64,000 nucleotides of DNA from Catajapyx aquilonaris. Taxonomy: Eukaryota. The notes beneath the pieces were generated by a model that was not told where the DNA came from, ran no database searches, and saw nothing but the letters and a program-made list of their open reading frames with translations. The stretch lies in assembly GCA_000934665.2 (NCBI GenBank), contig KZ538063.1, positions 1-64,000 on the forward strand. The letters are read 5' to 3'. Positions 1-12,134 of this stretch are shown in pieces. Both the position numbers and the translations under genes were made by a program. Position 1 is the stretch's first letter; every line of letters begins with the position of its first letter.

Positions 1-402
1 TTTTTGCCTGTACCCTATTTATACCTCGTTGGCGTTGCCCCCACTTCAAAATGGCCGCCAAAACCATCAAAGATGGCGGACCCTATTTTTGCCTGTACCC
101 TATTTATACCTCGTTGGCGTTGCCCCCACTTCAAAATGGCCGCCAAAACCATCAAAGATGGCGGACCCTATTTTTGCCTGTACTCTATTTTATACCTCGT
201 TGGCGTTGCCCCCACTTCAAAATGGCCACCAAAACCATCAAAGATGGCGGACCCTATTTTTGCCTGTACTCTATTTTATACCTCGTTGGCGTTGCCCACA
301 CTTAAAAATGGCCGCCAGCCTTGGCAACGGCTCCAAACAGAGAGACGCGGAAATCAATGGCGCTGACCGAAGTTTGCGCCTCTTATGTAGTATATTCTGC
401 CT
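1..402. mobile_element. Right part of a P-like MITE (family A) with an internally amplified 85-86 bp tandem array
   Basis: About 3.5 tandem units start at 1, 86, 171 and 257, followed by the family terminus GTTTGCGCCTCTTATGTAGTATA. The same sequence occurs at ~5425, ~10282 and 16975. Confidence 0.8.
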
Positions 403-437
403 GATGGAATCAACAATGTGGACAATGTAAAACGGAC

Positions 438-2046
438 CTGTGTCTCTTGTGGAGAAGACGGCTCAGTTGTCTCTGAAGATTTGTCGTCATTCGTCCTGTG
501 GAAAGTGACAATTAAAGACATAGCCTGAGATGTTTGTACTCTCAACAGCTTACCATTCTGATATGCACTTGTCAACATCATCTGCTGAGGGCCTCTGGTC
601 CGGATCTCTTCTGCACATACTCCGAAGCAGCTCTTGCCTGTTTGGCGGATTCTGCTCTGCGAATAAGTATGGCATCACATTGTCCGAACCTGCTTTCAAA
701 GTGTCCAGAGCACGTTGCTGGTCACTCCTCGTGAAATCGCTTGGAAAGGACGTCATCCCCAAATAGAAGATGACTCCCAGTGCGAATATGTCAGATTTGA
801 AATCAGTTTGCTCTGTGCATGCTGCAAACAGGATTGTTGCTGACCCTCTGTTGTGGCTGTGGTATGTTGTTGGACTCTGTATGGGATATCCGGCTATCTC
901 TTTGGCCACCCCAAAATCGCCCAGTTTGACAGTCCCGTCCATGGCGAAATAGACGCTAGACGCCTTCAAATCCCTATGGATATGACCTTCTCCATGGATG
1001 TACTGTAAAGCTGACACTATCTGTACAAAGTATGACAGAAACTGTTGCTGGTCGACCTTTGACCTGTTCTTTCTAATGTAATGCTCAAGCGTCTCAGTCT
1101 TGCACAACTCCATTTGCAAGTACAGGTAATGAGATGTCCCGGCTAAATACACCTGCCGTTTGCAAATTTGTTGAGTAAAATGCTTCAAGTCCCAATCCTG
1201 CTGTTTGCTGGTCTCAATATTTTCCTGCCATGAGTCGTGTACAATCACTATATTTTGGTGACTCATATGTACCAGATCCAGCATCTCTGTTAATGACTTT
1301 TTGGAAGCATTGTGAAGAGCAATCCGTCTGATTGCGAACACTCCATGTTTGGTGTATGCTTCAAACACAAGTCCATGTCCATCAGAGCTGATGTGCTTGA
1401 TGGTCGTTAATGTGCTGCAGCAGTGACCTTTCTTCACTGGAAAAACTGCATCCAAGTCATCCTCAGTGCTGTGATAAATTACTGTAATTAGTAACCAATA
1501 ATGAGGTGAAAAATTATCCGTTCTTTACCTGGCATCCTCCACTTTCAATATGTCATCCAGGTGATGCAAGATATCTAGGTTTCCTGCTTCGACAGCCAGT
1601 GCTCTTGGTGACTTCCCTTCCTTCGTCTTTGCACCTGGGTCAGCCCCATTGGTCAGCAGAAGCTTGACCACCATCAGGCTGCCAAACTTCACCGCCAAAT
1701 GAAGCGGAGTTACCTGCATGTTGGTCTGGATGTCCACCACAGCTCCATTGTCCAGAAGCTTTTTGCATATCTGGACATTGCCTGTCTGGGCTCCCTCGTG
1801 AAGAGCTGACCGGCCATCTTTATCTTGAGCGTTGATGCCACATCCAGGGTGGTCAATCAGAGTCTCGCAGGCCATAAGCCTCTCTGATCTAGATGCCAAA
1901 ATGAGCGGGGTCAGATGATGTATTCCGCTTCTCATGTTCACATCGTCTCCTTGGTCCAGCAGGTATTTCACTACCTCGTGATGTCCCTCGGCTGCTGCCA
2001 CGTGAAGATGACTCCATGTCTTCTTGTCCCGTTCATCCTCGGACAT
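438..2046 (-). CDS. Ankyrin-repeat protein fused to an eIF2-alpha-kinase (PERK/PKR)-like, probably catalytically dead kinase domain; 3' end continues off the left edge. Exons 2046-1529, 1468-554, 495-438
   Basis: Exon 1 has 4-5 ankyrin repeats (SHLHVAAAEGHHEVVKYLL, TPLILAS, SALHEGAQTGN, TPLHLAVKFGS). A 60-nt GT-AG intron (1528-1469) joins it in frame to a kinase fold with PEK-family hallmarks (YLYLQMELC, HRDLK, YFAMDGTVKLGDFG, DIFALG, DPDQRPSA). A GTAAGC donor at 553 and acceptor at 497-496 give a further in-frame exon (TNDDKSSETTEPSSPQETQ), followed by another GT donor at 437. Confidence 0.85.
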
Positions 2047-4899
2047 TTTCTAGGTTAAATGTTTGGAAGAGTAAGTTTACTATAGGCAGCGGTCCTCCCA
2101 ATATTTCCAACCCGAAATTTGGCATTTCCCAAAATTTCTTGCGTGAAATTTTCAGTTTGATTTTTTTTTTAAGAGAGAGATAATTATGTTCCGTATATTC
2201 CTGCCCTGTGTGACGCAGGTTTACGTAATAACGAAGGCAATAATTGACATTCCATCACAATTGCGATTGACATCATCCTAATTGCGTTACTGTTCGTATT
2301 CCTTTACCCAGATCAAGCCCACCTGGCATGTGGATAAACCAACAATAGATTCAGTGACAATGCGGATCGATTGCACCTGTTGGGATCCATACAAACCACA
2401 GAAGGCAATAATCAAAACGTATGACAGGGCGGCATGTGCACAATTTATTACCAGTTGCTATATTCGAGCACTTCACATGATTTCCTATGCGCAATTTCAC
2501 TCGATGTTTACAATAATCGATTCATGACACGAGGCAAGTGGTTTTCCAATAATTGCAGGCGATACCCAATCACAAACGTAACCGATCTTCCATAAAGACA
2601 CACAGCAATCAGATCTCACTTATTGTGCTAGTTGCTCTGCGCTCCTGGTAAGTACCATTAGACTCGAATATGCAATTAATTTGGATTCTTAAATATTGTT
2701 GTAATTTTTTTAAAAAAATACTCACTGTATGTCTCTCGTCACAAACGAGCTCCACAAAGTGTCTGCATGTGTTTCTTATCGCAATTTAATCAGGTACATC
2801 GTTATCTCAGTTTATCACCTCTGTGCTTAGCAATAATCTGCAGGTGCAAAAAAAAACACATGAGTTATGCATCGTTTAATCTTCACGCTTCGTCATAAAC
2901 TACCCTAATTAATCCTTATATACGAGGATATAATTATCTCCATAACAATTTTTTTATTCAAATAGGAATAATTAATCCGGGACACTTACTATGAGAACTG
3001 GGTAAATAAAGAAAATAAATAAATACACATTCATTTTATTCCAGAGACGCAACTTTTTTTTTGCACAATCGCAATTATCTTGCCAATCATCAGTTACTTC
3101 CATGTTAATGGCTGTTGTAGAGCAATTCAAACTGACAGCTTGTTATTCTGATATGATCTCAAGGAAACCTGCTTTGAATTTCTTTGAAAATAATGAGTTG
3201 CGCAATAGATCTTGACCGGTTCGCATAAAAATATACCATACATTTTTATTTGCAAATATTTAAAAAGAATATGCAAAAGTTCTGCAATGCACAATGCGCA
3301 TGCACACATTTCCGGTCATGACATGACCAAATGCATTGTAAGCCAACACCCTCAACAAAGTACAGCTTGTACTTTAAAAACGCAATTGAATCCATGCAAA
3401 TTACTCACGTAACACTTTTTTTTGTGTGTGCATAATAATTTGATATGTACTTTTTTTTCCTAGCATGACGCAAGGTCATGCGAGTGAAAAATTATTACAG
3501 TGCATGATATAATCGCAAAAAAAAAGGAGGTGTAACAGTTTAATACGTACCAAATTGCCTCTTCAGTCTGTCAGAAGTAGTTCCACATCACGCAGCACTT
3601 TCGAAGGTAACATTACACGTACTCTCAACAATACCATGTACTTTTTTTTCGCACACAAAAAAATAGGGTCAGCCATTGCTCTATTTTTAAAAATTCGGAC
3701 AAACGTATTCTGATTCATGATTATTAATTTTTCGATAACCAATATGTGTACAAAAGGTAACAAAATGTTTGCATTTTGCGAAATTGCTCATTTTTTTTTG
3801 TGTAAAATTTTCACTCGAAATTTTTTTAGAGAGAAGGCATCAAATCACGATAACTGTAACGCTGAAGTTATCGTGATTTGATTATTATAGGCCCTTCTAT
3901 CTTTAAAAAAAAAATCGAGTGAAAAATTTCACACAAAATATTAGCAGTTTTGCAAAATTCTCTTTTTGAGTGAATAACATTTCTCTCCGCAAAAGAGTTT
4001 AACTCAAATAGAATGGAAAATTACTCGAAGGAAGAGCGATATAATGAATCACTCATTATATAGCTCTTCTTGAGAGTACTTTTCCACTCTATTTGAGTGA
4101 AATTGGTTTCGCTCACAGAAATAGTAATCTCCCAGTGGGAGATTACTATTTCTGTGAGCGAAACCAATTTCACTCAAGTTGAAGTGGTTTTTCTCTCGAT
4201 TCTGGGCCATTTCGCTCAAATTGATCGGAAAATCCACTCGATTTGAGTGAAATGATCGCTCAGTTGGAGTTGTGAAAATATCTCTAAGTGATCGAGTGAG
4301 TTCCGCAACAGTAGGAGAAATTGTGAAAATCACTCAAATCGAGTGGAAAAACGCTCGAAATATTTTGACTAAAAATTTCGAGTGTTTTTTCACTCGATTT
4401 GCTAGAGGGTTGGAGGGCCGATTTATTGCGACGGTTGCCTTCAGAATTTGGCCCCATGGGGAGTAGCTCTGGCAACGCTGTTGTCAAAACACTGGAGCTG
4501 CGCGAGTGTGGGTGCGCATTAGGTTATTGCGCTCGTTAAAAACAAGAGTGATTTCGAGTAGACTTTTTCTTCAATGACATAGAATGTTGTCAAGTCTCAT
4601 TTCTTGTTGCCAGTAACCGGAGGATTTTTCTCTCTCTAAATTCATGTACACGCGACCTTGGCGGATATAGTGAATCCGAAGAACCGGAAGTGGATTGTCA
4701 CCCGCAAGGTTAGCCATGTAACATATTTAGGGTCCGATTAATCCGAATCCGAAAACCGTTTGTCGCTATCCCATGCGGTTTAGGCCCTGATACCTGTCCA
4801 CAGACAGACGGACGGACATAGCCGGTGTTTTCGATGAGAAAATGTCTAAAATTAATCTGTCACCTGATTGTCTCTAATTCGCAGAGGTACAGCAACACA

Positions 4900-7800
4900 A
4901 TGCAAGTCATGATGATCCCTGTGGTACTGTTGTCCGTCCTGGCCGCGTGTGCCATGTCGGCTGGCCCGGAGTCATATGGAGAGTACGACTTCATTATTGT
5001 GGGTGCCGGTTCGGCAGGTTCTGTGGTGGCCAACAGACTGACCGAAGTGTGTGACTGGAAGGTACTTCTGATCGAGGCAGGAGGACTGGCACCTCGCATC
5101 GCAAGTGTGCCGTACCTGGCACCAGCCCTGCAGAAGACCCCGATTGACTGGCAATACTACACCGAGCCAGACAATCGAACCTCCCAATCGATGGACAAGA
5201 AGACCGGGTTCTGGCCCAGGGGCAAGGTCATGGGCGGAACCAGCATTCTCAACTACATGCAGTACGTCAGGGGAAACAGACGAGACTACGACGGTTGGGT
5301 AGAACTGGGCAACACCGGTTGGGGATACGATGACGTGCTGCCATACTTCAAGAAATCCGAGGACTTCCAAGGTAATCCTTTGGCAACATTGTCAAAATTG
5401 GCAAGGCCAATCAGATCAATAACAGAGGCGCAAACATTCGATTTCCGCGTCTCTCTGTTTGGGGCCGTTGCCAAGGCTGGCGGCCATTTTGAAGCGGGCA
5501 ACGCCAACGAGGTATAAATAGGGTACAGGCAAAAATAAGGTCCGCCATCTTTGATTCGCGCGTGTTATTGCCGTGTAAACCGCCAAAACCATCAAAGATG
5601 GCGGACCCTATTTTTGCCTGTACCCTATTTATACCTCGTTGGCGTTGCCCCCACTTCAAAATGACCGCCAGCCTTGGCAACGCCCCAAACAGAGAGACGC
5701 GGAAATCAATGGCGCTGACCCAAGTTTGCGCCTCTTATCCTCCCTGCTATTATCTTGTTTCTGAATCTGAAGGTAACGTGAGTGGCATCGACAAGGATTA
5801 CCATGGCTTTGGGGGCTATTTGACTGTCCAGGGATTGGACACGTTCAGGTCCCCACTGGAGCAGATGATCCTGGATGCTGGGAAGGAGCTGGGCTACGAC
5901 ACCAGGGATTGCAACGGGGCCAATCAGACCGGGTTCATGGATCTGCAAAGGACCACTAGGAGCGGACAGAGATGCGACACGGACCTGGCCTTTCTGGACC
6001 CAATCTTAGGGAGGCAGAACCTGAAGATTGCAATGCTCGCGCAGGTCCATAAGATCCTCATTGACCCAGGTAAGGCTGATATTTCCTACGCGACGAAGTG
6101 GCGCGCAGGAGTCGGTGTGGAGGTGCGGGGGGCAGTTCAGAGGATTAATGAAGCAGCAATGCAACGAACGTAATTGTGGCTTTGCCAAAGCTAGATGCCC
6201 ACTCTAACGCACTCTCTGAACAACCCGCGACCCGCGACCCGCGACCCTTCATCGCGTAAGAAAGATCTTCCGATCAAATAAGGAGCAGTAGAAAATCAAG
6301 AGGTTGAGAATGAAATCGGTATACTGTCGTCCCAAGGAGAAACACCATATCTCCAAAACTAGTAATGGTGACGTTTTTGAGATAGGGTGTTTTTCCTTGG
6401 GATGGCAGGATAGATGGCTCACACTTTCCGAAATTTAGTGGCACGACATGACGTATGGATTTTAAATCTCTCATTTTGTCAGGTACGAAGCAAGCGCATG
6501 GAGTGTTGTTCAAGATGGACGGTAAGATGTACGAAGCACATGCACGTAAGGAAGTGGTGTTGAGCACTGGCACCATTGCATCGCCCCAGATGCTGATGCT
6601 CTCAGGTGTAGGCGCAAAGGACCATCTGGAGTCAAAGGGTGTTCCAGTGGTCCTGGACCTTCCAGGAGTCGGAAAGAACCTGCACGATCACGTCTCAACA
6701 CTCATGATCTTCACTGCTGAAACTGGAGGAAAGGTGGACCCTCCAGCTGCACTGACAACACCCAATTTTCTGGTAATCTTTTTTTTCTTCCACGCATGAT
6801 GTGCATTGACCTAATCTGTGCCCTTGACCTATACAGGCATGGCTTGGCCAAGGTCCTAGCCCCCTGAACCTCCCTGGAGGCGCGGAGAACTTAGGATTCG
6901 TCCACTCCCAGTTCAGCAAAGTGGGCGAAGATGCTCCGGACATCCAGCTGATCTTCCTGAGCCTGTCCTTCCTGTCCGATCCAACCTCTCTGGACAACCC
7001 CCCCTTCTCCATAGGCAAATCAGCGTACCAATCGGTGTACCAAGAAGCCATGGGACGAGAGGCCTTCGTAACAGCTCCTGTCCTCTTGCACCCAAAGAGC
7101 AGGGGTTGCATACTCCTCAAGAGCTCAGATCCAGAGGCATACCCTGCCATATACCCCAACTACTTCAAGGATGAGCAAGACGTCAAGGTAAAAATTCTTA
7201 TTCAGCACGTTTAGTAAAAGCGACTCAAGATGAAGCGCTTCAGGTTCATGCTCGTAGCATGTCGAAATCCGGATCGTCCATGTAGTATTCACTGATACTT
7301 TTGAACACCAAAAGTATTGAACAGCCACCTTTGAACAATCACTGCTAGGTTTGAACAGCTTCGGTAGTAATCACTGCTAGTTTTGAACAACTTCAGTATA
7401 AATCACTGCTACTCTCAAATATCTGCAGTAGTAATCACTGCTACTTTTGACCAGCTGCAGCATGAATCTCTGCTAATTTTGCATCCTGAATTAGTAATCA
7501 CTGCTAGTTTAGAAAAGCTGTAGTAGTAATCACTGCTAGTTTTACAAAGCTGCAGTAAGTAGTAATCACTGTTATTTTAGAACCACTGCAGTATTAATCA
7601 CTGCTACTTTCAAATAGCTGCAGTAGTAATCACTGATACATTCAAATATCTGCTGTATAGTAATATCACTGCTACTTTTGAACAGCTGCAGTAAGTAGTA
7701 ATCACTGTTATTTTAGAACAACTGCAGTATTAATCACTGCTACTTTCATATATCTGCAGTAGTAATCACTGCTACATTCAAATATCTGCAGTATAGTAAT

Positions 7801-8614
7801 CACTGCTACTTTTGAACAGCTGCAGTAAGTAGTAATCACTGCTATTTTAGAACAGCTGCAGTAAGTAGTAATCACTGTTATTTTAGAACAACTGCAGTAG
7901 TAATCACTGCTACTTTCAAATATCTGCAGTAGTAATATCACTGCTACTTTCATATATCTGCAGTAGTAATCACTGTACTTTCAAATATCTGCAGTAGTTA
8001 TCACTTCTACTTTCAAATATCTACAGTAGTAATCACTGCTAGTTTCATATATCTGCAGTAGTAATCACTGTACTTTCAAATAGCTGCAGTAGTAATCAGT
8101 GCTGGTTTAGAACAGCTGCAGTATTAATCACTGCTACTTTCTACAGTAGTCTAACAGCTCTTTCTCCTCCCTGAAGGCACTGACAGACGGAGCCAAGATA
8201 CTGATGAAGCTCTCTCAAACCGAGACTATGAAGAAGATAAACACAACCTTCTGGTCCAAGCCTTACCCTGGATGCGAGGAGTACAATGATCCTAATCAGG
8301 ACGAGTACTGGTCTTGCCTCTTCCACCAACTGACCATCACCTTGTACCACCCTGTGGGCACCTGCAAGATGGGGAACGACGCCGACTCAGTGGTTGACCC
8401 GCAGCTGAGGGTCAAGGGGATCAAGGGCCTGAGGGTGGTCGACGCCTCTGTGATGCCAACAGTGGTCAGCGGAAACACAAACGCTCCTACCATCATGATA
8501 GCAGAGAAGGCCTCTGACATGATCAAGGATGCTTGGCCTCATAAGAACGAATGCAGCACATGCCCTCCCACTCCCACCAGTGGTCGTCGTAGGCGCAATA
8601 AGTGGATATTCTAG
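4900..8614 (+). CDS. Secreted GMC oxidoreductase (glucose dehydrogenase [FAD, quinone]-like), ~615 aa. Exons 4900-5371, 5773-6069, 6483-6772, 6837-7187, 8177-8614
   Basis: Signal-peptide-like N-terminus; FAD motif [74 protein letters not shown]; catalytic [10 protein letters not shown] and [17 protein letters not shown]. The five GT-AG-bounded exons sum to 1848 nt in frame. Confidence 0.95.
5425..5746. mobile_element. P-like MITE family A copy in a GMC gene intron
   Basis: Two long inverted arms (GAGGCGCAAAC...GTTTGCGCCTC) ending in CTCCCTG; homologous to 16975-17299. Confidence 0.8.
7335..8150. repeat. Intronic minisatellite, ~30-bp unit (CTGCAGTAGTAATCACTGCTACTTTTGAACAG)
   Basis: More than 20 degenerate tandem copies fill the last GMC intron. 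Confidence 0.9.
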
Positions 8615-9226
8615 AGAATATTTCCACCTCATTCCGATACGAAACCGCAAACGATAACGTGAAAACTTGTCTCTGTTATTTTCATCTCATTTCATTAAAC
8701 ATCCCACTGGTAAACCGCGTAATCAACTGTGTACAGTCGAGGAAATGAATAAGGTAGCAGACCTGAAGCATTGCTCGCGCAGTGTGCATGCCCATAATAT
8801 AATGAGGGTGAAATACTGTAATTGCAGACTGTATTAATATAAATAATTATACATTGCTCAGCTGAACATGCCGTTTTCCTTCAATATTTTGATCTCAGAT
8901 TATTATTGTAAAACTATAGTGCCAAAATTTGGCAAAAATCAGTATGACAGTGACAATAAAACAACATTAAATTAATTTATTAAAAATTAAAACAACATTA
9001 AAAATTAAACAACATTAAATGAAATGGCCTGCCTGTGGCCCGGCGATTTACTGCGCAGTACTACTCTTCAATCATAGATGGCGCAAACGCCCTTTGCACA
9101 CTCCTGCCACCCTCAGGTCGTGTGAGAGATGGTGGTACTGTCAGGTCGGACAAACATCCGACGGAGAGAATAAGCATATTAGGAAAAAATATTGTGGGAA
9201 CGACTGGTTTATTGACTGTATGTAAT

Positions 9227-10752
9227 TTAGGGGTTGATAATAATGATGATTGGAGGCTTTGTGGTGGTGGTAGGAGGCTTGGTCGTGGGCTTGGTCGTCG
9301 GAGGTTTGGTTGTTGGCTTGGCAGTCGTCGGTGGTTTGGTTGTGGTGGTGGTTGGTGGCACAGTCGTCGTCTCCTCCTCGAAACTGCAATCCACAGGAGC
9401 CACATTCACAGCTTGTCCTATAATAAACAAGTTCGAGCCATAACCAATACTTTTCTTTAAAAACAACAAACAAGTGCAATTATTGACAAACCTTGTCGGA
9501 CGCAGAATATCCGACAGTTGAACTGATAGCTAGGCATTATATTCAGATTGATTGTTTTCTGTCGCACGAACAATGTGTCGCTGCATTGCCTGTAATAATT
9601 GACATTGTTACTATTGCTCTCCTGAAGACATATACCGTGATGTATACTGACCCACTGGCGAGTCGGATACAGTTTCCGTTTCTGAAGTGGATACTACCGC
9701 ACGGACACTTGACAGTTATGAGACATCCAGCTCTGGGCTGTAAATGAGCCACAAAATTAGCATCGTTTGCCCTAAAGTGTCATGGCCGCGTCTTTGAACT
9801 CACCCCTGCTGAAAACGAATATGCCCTTGGAGCCACAGCCAGTTTCTCAGACATTCCTTCAACAGCTGACCTGGGTTTTCCTCTAGGCTGACCTCTTCTC
9901 CTGGGTTGACCTTTGGGCTGCTGACCTCTCCGTTGAGCCCTGTTAGGTTGGCTACGCTGAGCGTTCATCTTGTCGCGATGGGTCAGCACCACTATGGACT
10001 TCTGGAGCATCCTGTACTTCCCAGGCTGAAGTCCTACACAAAAGAATATTTTATTGCAACACCTCTTTATGTTCCTCTACTGTTTAATTACCATTGTAGA
10101 TCTGATTGGCTCTGAGCAGCTTCACATTCTGCTTCTTCCCAGTTTGTCTAGCCGGTTTCCGCTGCTGATTGTTGTTGCTTCTGGGCTTATTGGCAGGCTT
10201 CTTCCCACCTTTCTTCTGCCCGTTCTTGTTCTTTCCCTTCTGCTGGGGACCACGTGCGCTCTGAAACATTAATTAACGAATCATATACTACATAAGAGGC
10301 GCAAACATTCGATTTCCGCGTCTCTCTGTTTGGGGCGTTGCCAAGGCTGGCGGCCATTTTGAAGTGGGGGGAATGCCAACGAGATATAAATAGAGTACAG
10401 GCAAAAATATGGTCCGCCATCTTTGATTCGCGCGTGTTCTTGCGGTGTAGTACCCATGGCCGCCAAAACCATCAAAGATGGCGGACCCTATTTTTGCCTG
10501 TACCCTCGTTGGCGTTGCCCACACTTCAAAATGGCCGCCAGCCTTGGCAACGGCCCCAAACAGAGAGACGCGAACATCAAAGGCGCCGACAGAAGTTTGC
10601 GCCTCTTTATGTAGTATATGCTCCCTGCATTTCTTATAGAGATCTCTCACCGCTTGGTAAGTGTCTCCTTCGAGAGAAGCGTCTGCCAGTATTTCCAAGA
10701 TGACCAGAGAGACAATGGCGACGACCACGACCAGTCGCATCCGACCGTCCAT
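9227..10752 (-). CDS. Uncharacterised secreted protein, ~291 aa: signal peptide, basic K/R/Q/N-rich region, Cys-rich domain, Thr/Pro/Lys-rich tail. Exons 10752-10651, 10260-10092, 10033-9804, 9737-9652, 9589-9492, 9417-9227
   Basis: Hydrophobic leader MRLVVVVAIVSLVILEILADA; six exons with GT-AG boundaries and consistent phases totalling 876 nt; eight Cys across the last three exons; PTTKPPTT repeats. Confidence 0.7.
10282..10627. mobile_element. P-like MITE family A copy in intron 1 of the secreted-protein gene
   Basis: Inverted termini CATATACTACATAAGAGGCGCAAAC...GTTTGCGCCTCTTTATGTAGTATATGCTCCCTG; the left tip is missing a few bases. Confidence 0.85.
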
Positions 10753-11184
10753 GGGTCCGACTGACTTGACTGTATGACTCGGGTGATGATGTCTCAATGA
10801 CTATTTATTGCAGGGTGTTTATTTGTCATGTGTGAGTCCGGGGGCATTTTTCCAAGCATCCGGCTGGACAACGCCCGCATCTTTTGCAACATTGCATGGC
10901 CAATAAATCACTTCGTATCTCGGCCGGGTTAGAATACACCGGACAATGAGAGCTTCTCTACGTTTGCTTGCACACCTTCAATGCGACAATGACATGTCAC
11001 AGTCACGCGAAAAAGTAGGGGATTCTCTCTATCTCTCTCTCTCTGCTCATGACGTAACCAAAAAGTCGTAAAAATTCTGTCGCCGACCTTTCACAATATG
11101 ACACGAGCACGTATAATAATAATAATCTATGGTGCAGTTGGTTCTGACACTTCTTCGGACCTCAAGGATATCTATAGCTAGATT

Positions 11185-12134
11185 TTATACTATTATAAAA
11201 GACAAAGTTTGTTCGTTTGTTCATTTTAAAAAAATACCCATTTCATTCCCCTTTTTAAAAGGAATAAGCAAACAAACAAACTTCAAAATGCAAAGGTAGT
11301 TAGTTCGTTTAATTTAGTTAGTTAAGTTTAGCTGGCTAGTTTAGCTTAGTTTAGTTTAGTTTAGTTAGTTAGTCCATCCATTTTACACCCATTTCATACC
11401 AATTCATACCCATTTCGAAACAAACAAATGAACTAATGAAAAAAGGAATTTTACGAACAAACTTCTAATAATGCAAAGTTATAGTTAGTTAGCTAGGTAG
11501 TTAGCTATAGTAGTATAGTTAGTTCATTTTATGCCCATAATAATTACACCAATTTGGTACCCATTTTAAATCAAACACCAAACAAACTCCATAAGGCGAA
11601 GTTTAATTATTTGCTTATCAATTTAATACCAAATTTATACCAATTTTTAGAAGAAACAAACAAACTCCGTAAGGCAAAGTTAGTTGGCTGGTTTAGTTAG
11701 TTAATTAGTTAGTCCATTTTATACTCATTCCGTACCGATATTAAAACAAACAAACAATAAAGAACATGCTCTGGAGCCATATACTCATCAAGGTCACTCG
11801 CAATCGACGAAGTCGAGTGACGTCAAAATGACGTTGCCAATGCCAACCAGGGCAGGGGGAGGAGAATTGGCGACGTCATTTTGACATCAATCGACTTTGT
11901 CGATTGCGAGTGACCTTGATGAGTATATGGCTCCTGTCCTTTGAAGTTCGTTCGTTCGTTCGTTCGTTCGTTCGTTATAGTCAGTCAATGAGTTAGTTTG
12001 CTTGTTTGTCCACTTCATATCCATTTTATGCCCATTTTAAAACGAACAAACAAACAAACGAATTAGTTCGTTATAGTCAGTTTGCTTGTTAGTCACGTTT
12101 CGTATACCCATTTTAGGACAGGTTTCTTGCTAGT
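11185..12134 (+). mobile_element. Non-autonomous Helitron-like element with GTTT/GTTA/GTTC microsatellites
   Basis: Starts TATACTATTATAAAAG..., contains repeated ATACCCATTT modules and tetranucleotide tracts, and ends CTTGCTAG|T. A related shorter copy lies at ~17540-17690. Confidence 0.5.
11771..11936. mobile_element. Palindromic MITE nested in the Helitron-like element
   Basis: About 70-bp inverted arms GGAGCCATATACTCATCAAGGTCACTCGCAATCGAC.../...GTCGATTGCGAGTGACCTTGATGAGTATATGGCTCC; no clear target-site duplication. Confidence 0.75.

Noticed and set aside
1..430. ORFs of 84-133 aa with repeated peptides ([11 protein letters not shown]...) and a CRISPR-like periodic look
   Set aside because: These are translations of the MITE's 85-bp tandem units. 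There are no unique spacers or cas genes, the context is eukaryotic, and the same peptides recur at every MITE copy.
550..2046. Calling the ankyrin-kinase gene an RNase L orthologue
   Set aside because: It has only 4-5 ankyrin repeats, the kinase resembles PERK/PKR rather than IRE1/RNase L, and no nuclease domain is visible in the window.
3800..4420. Region rich in TTCACTC/GAGTGAA short inverted motifs with 60-94 aa ORFs
   Set aside because: Probably a decayed repeat, but I could not define termini, a TSD or a second copy, and the ORFs have no recognisable content.
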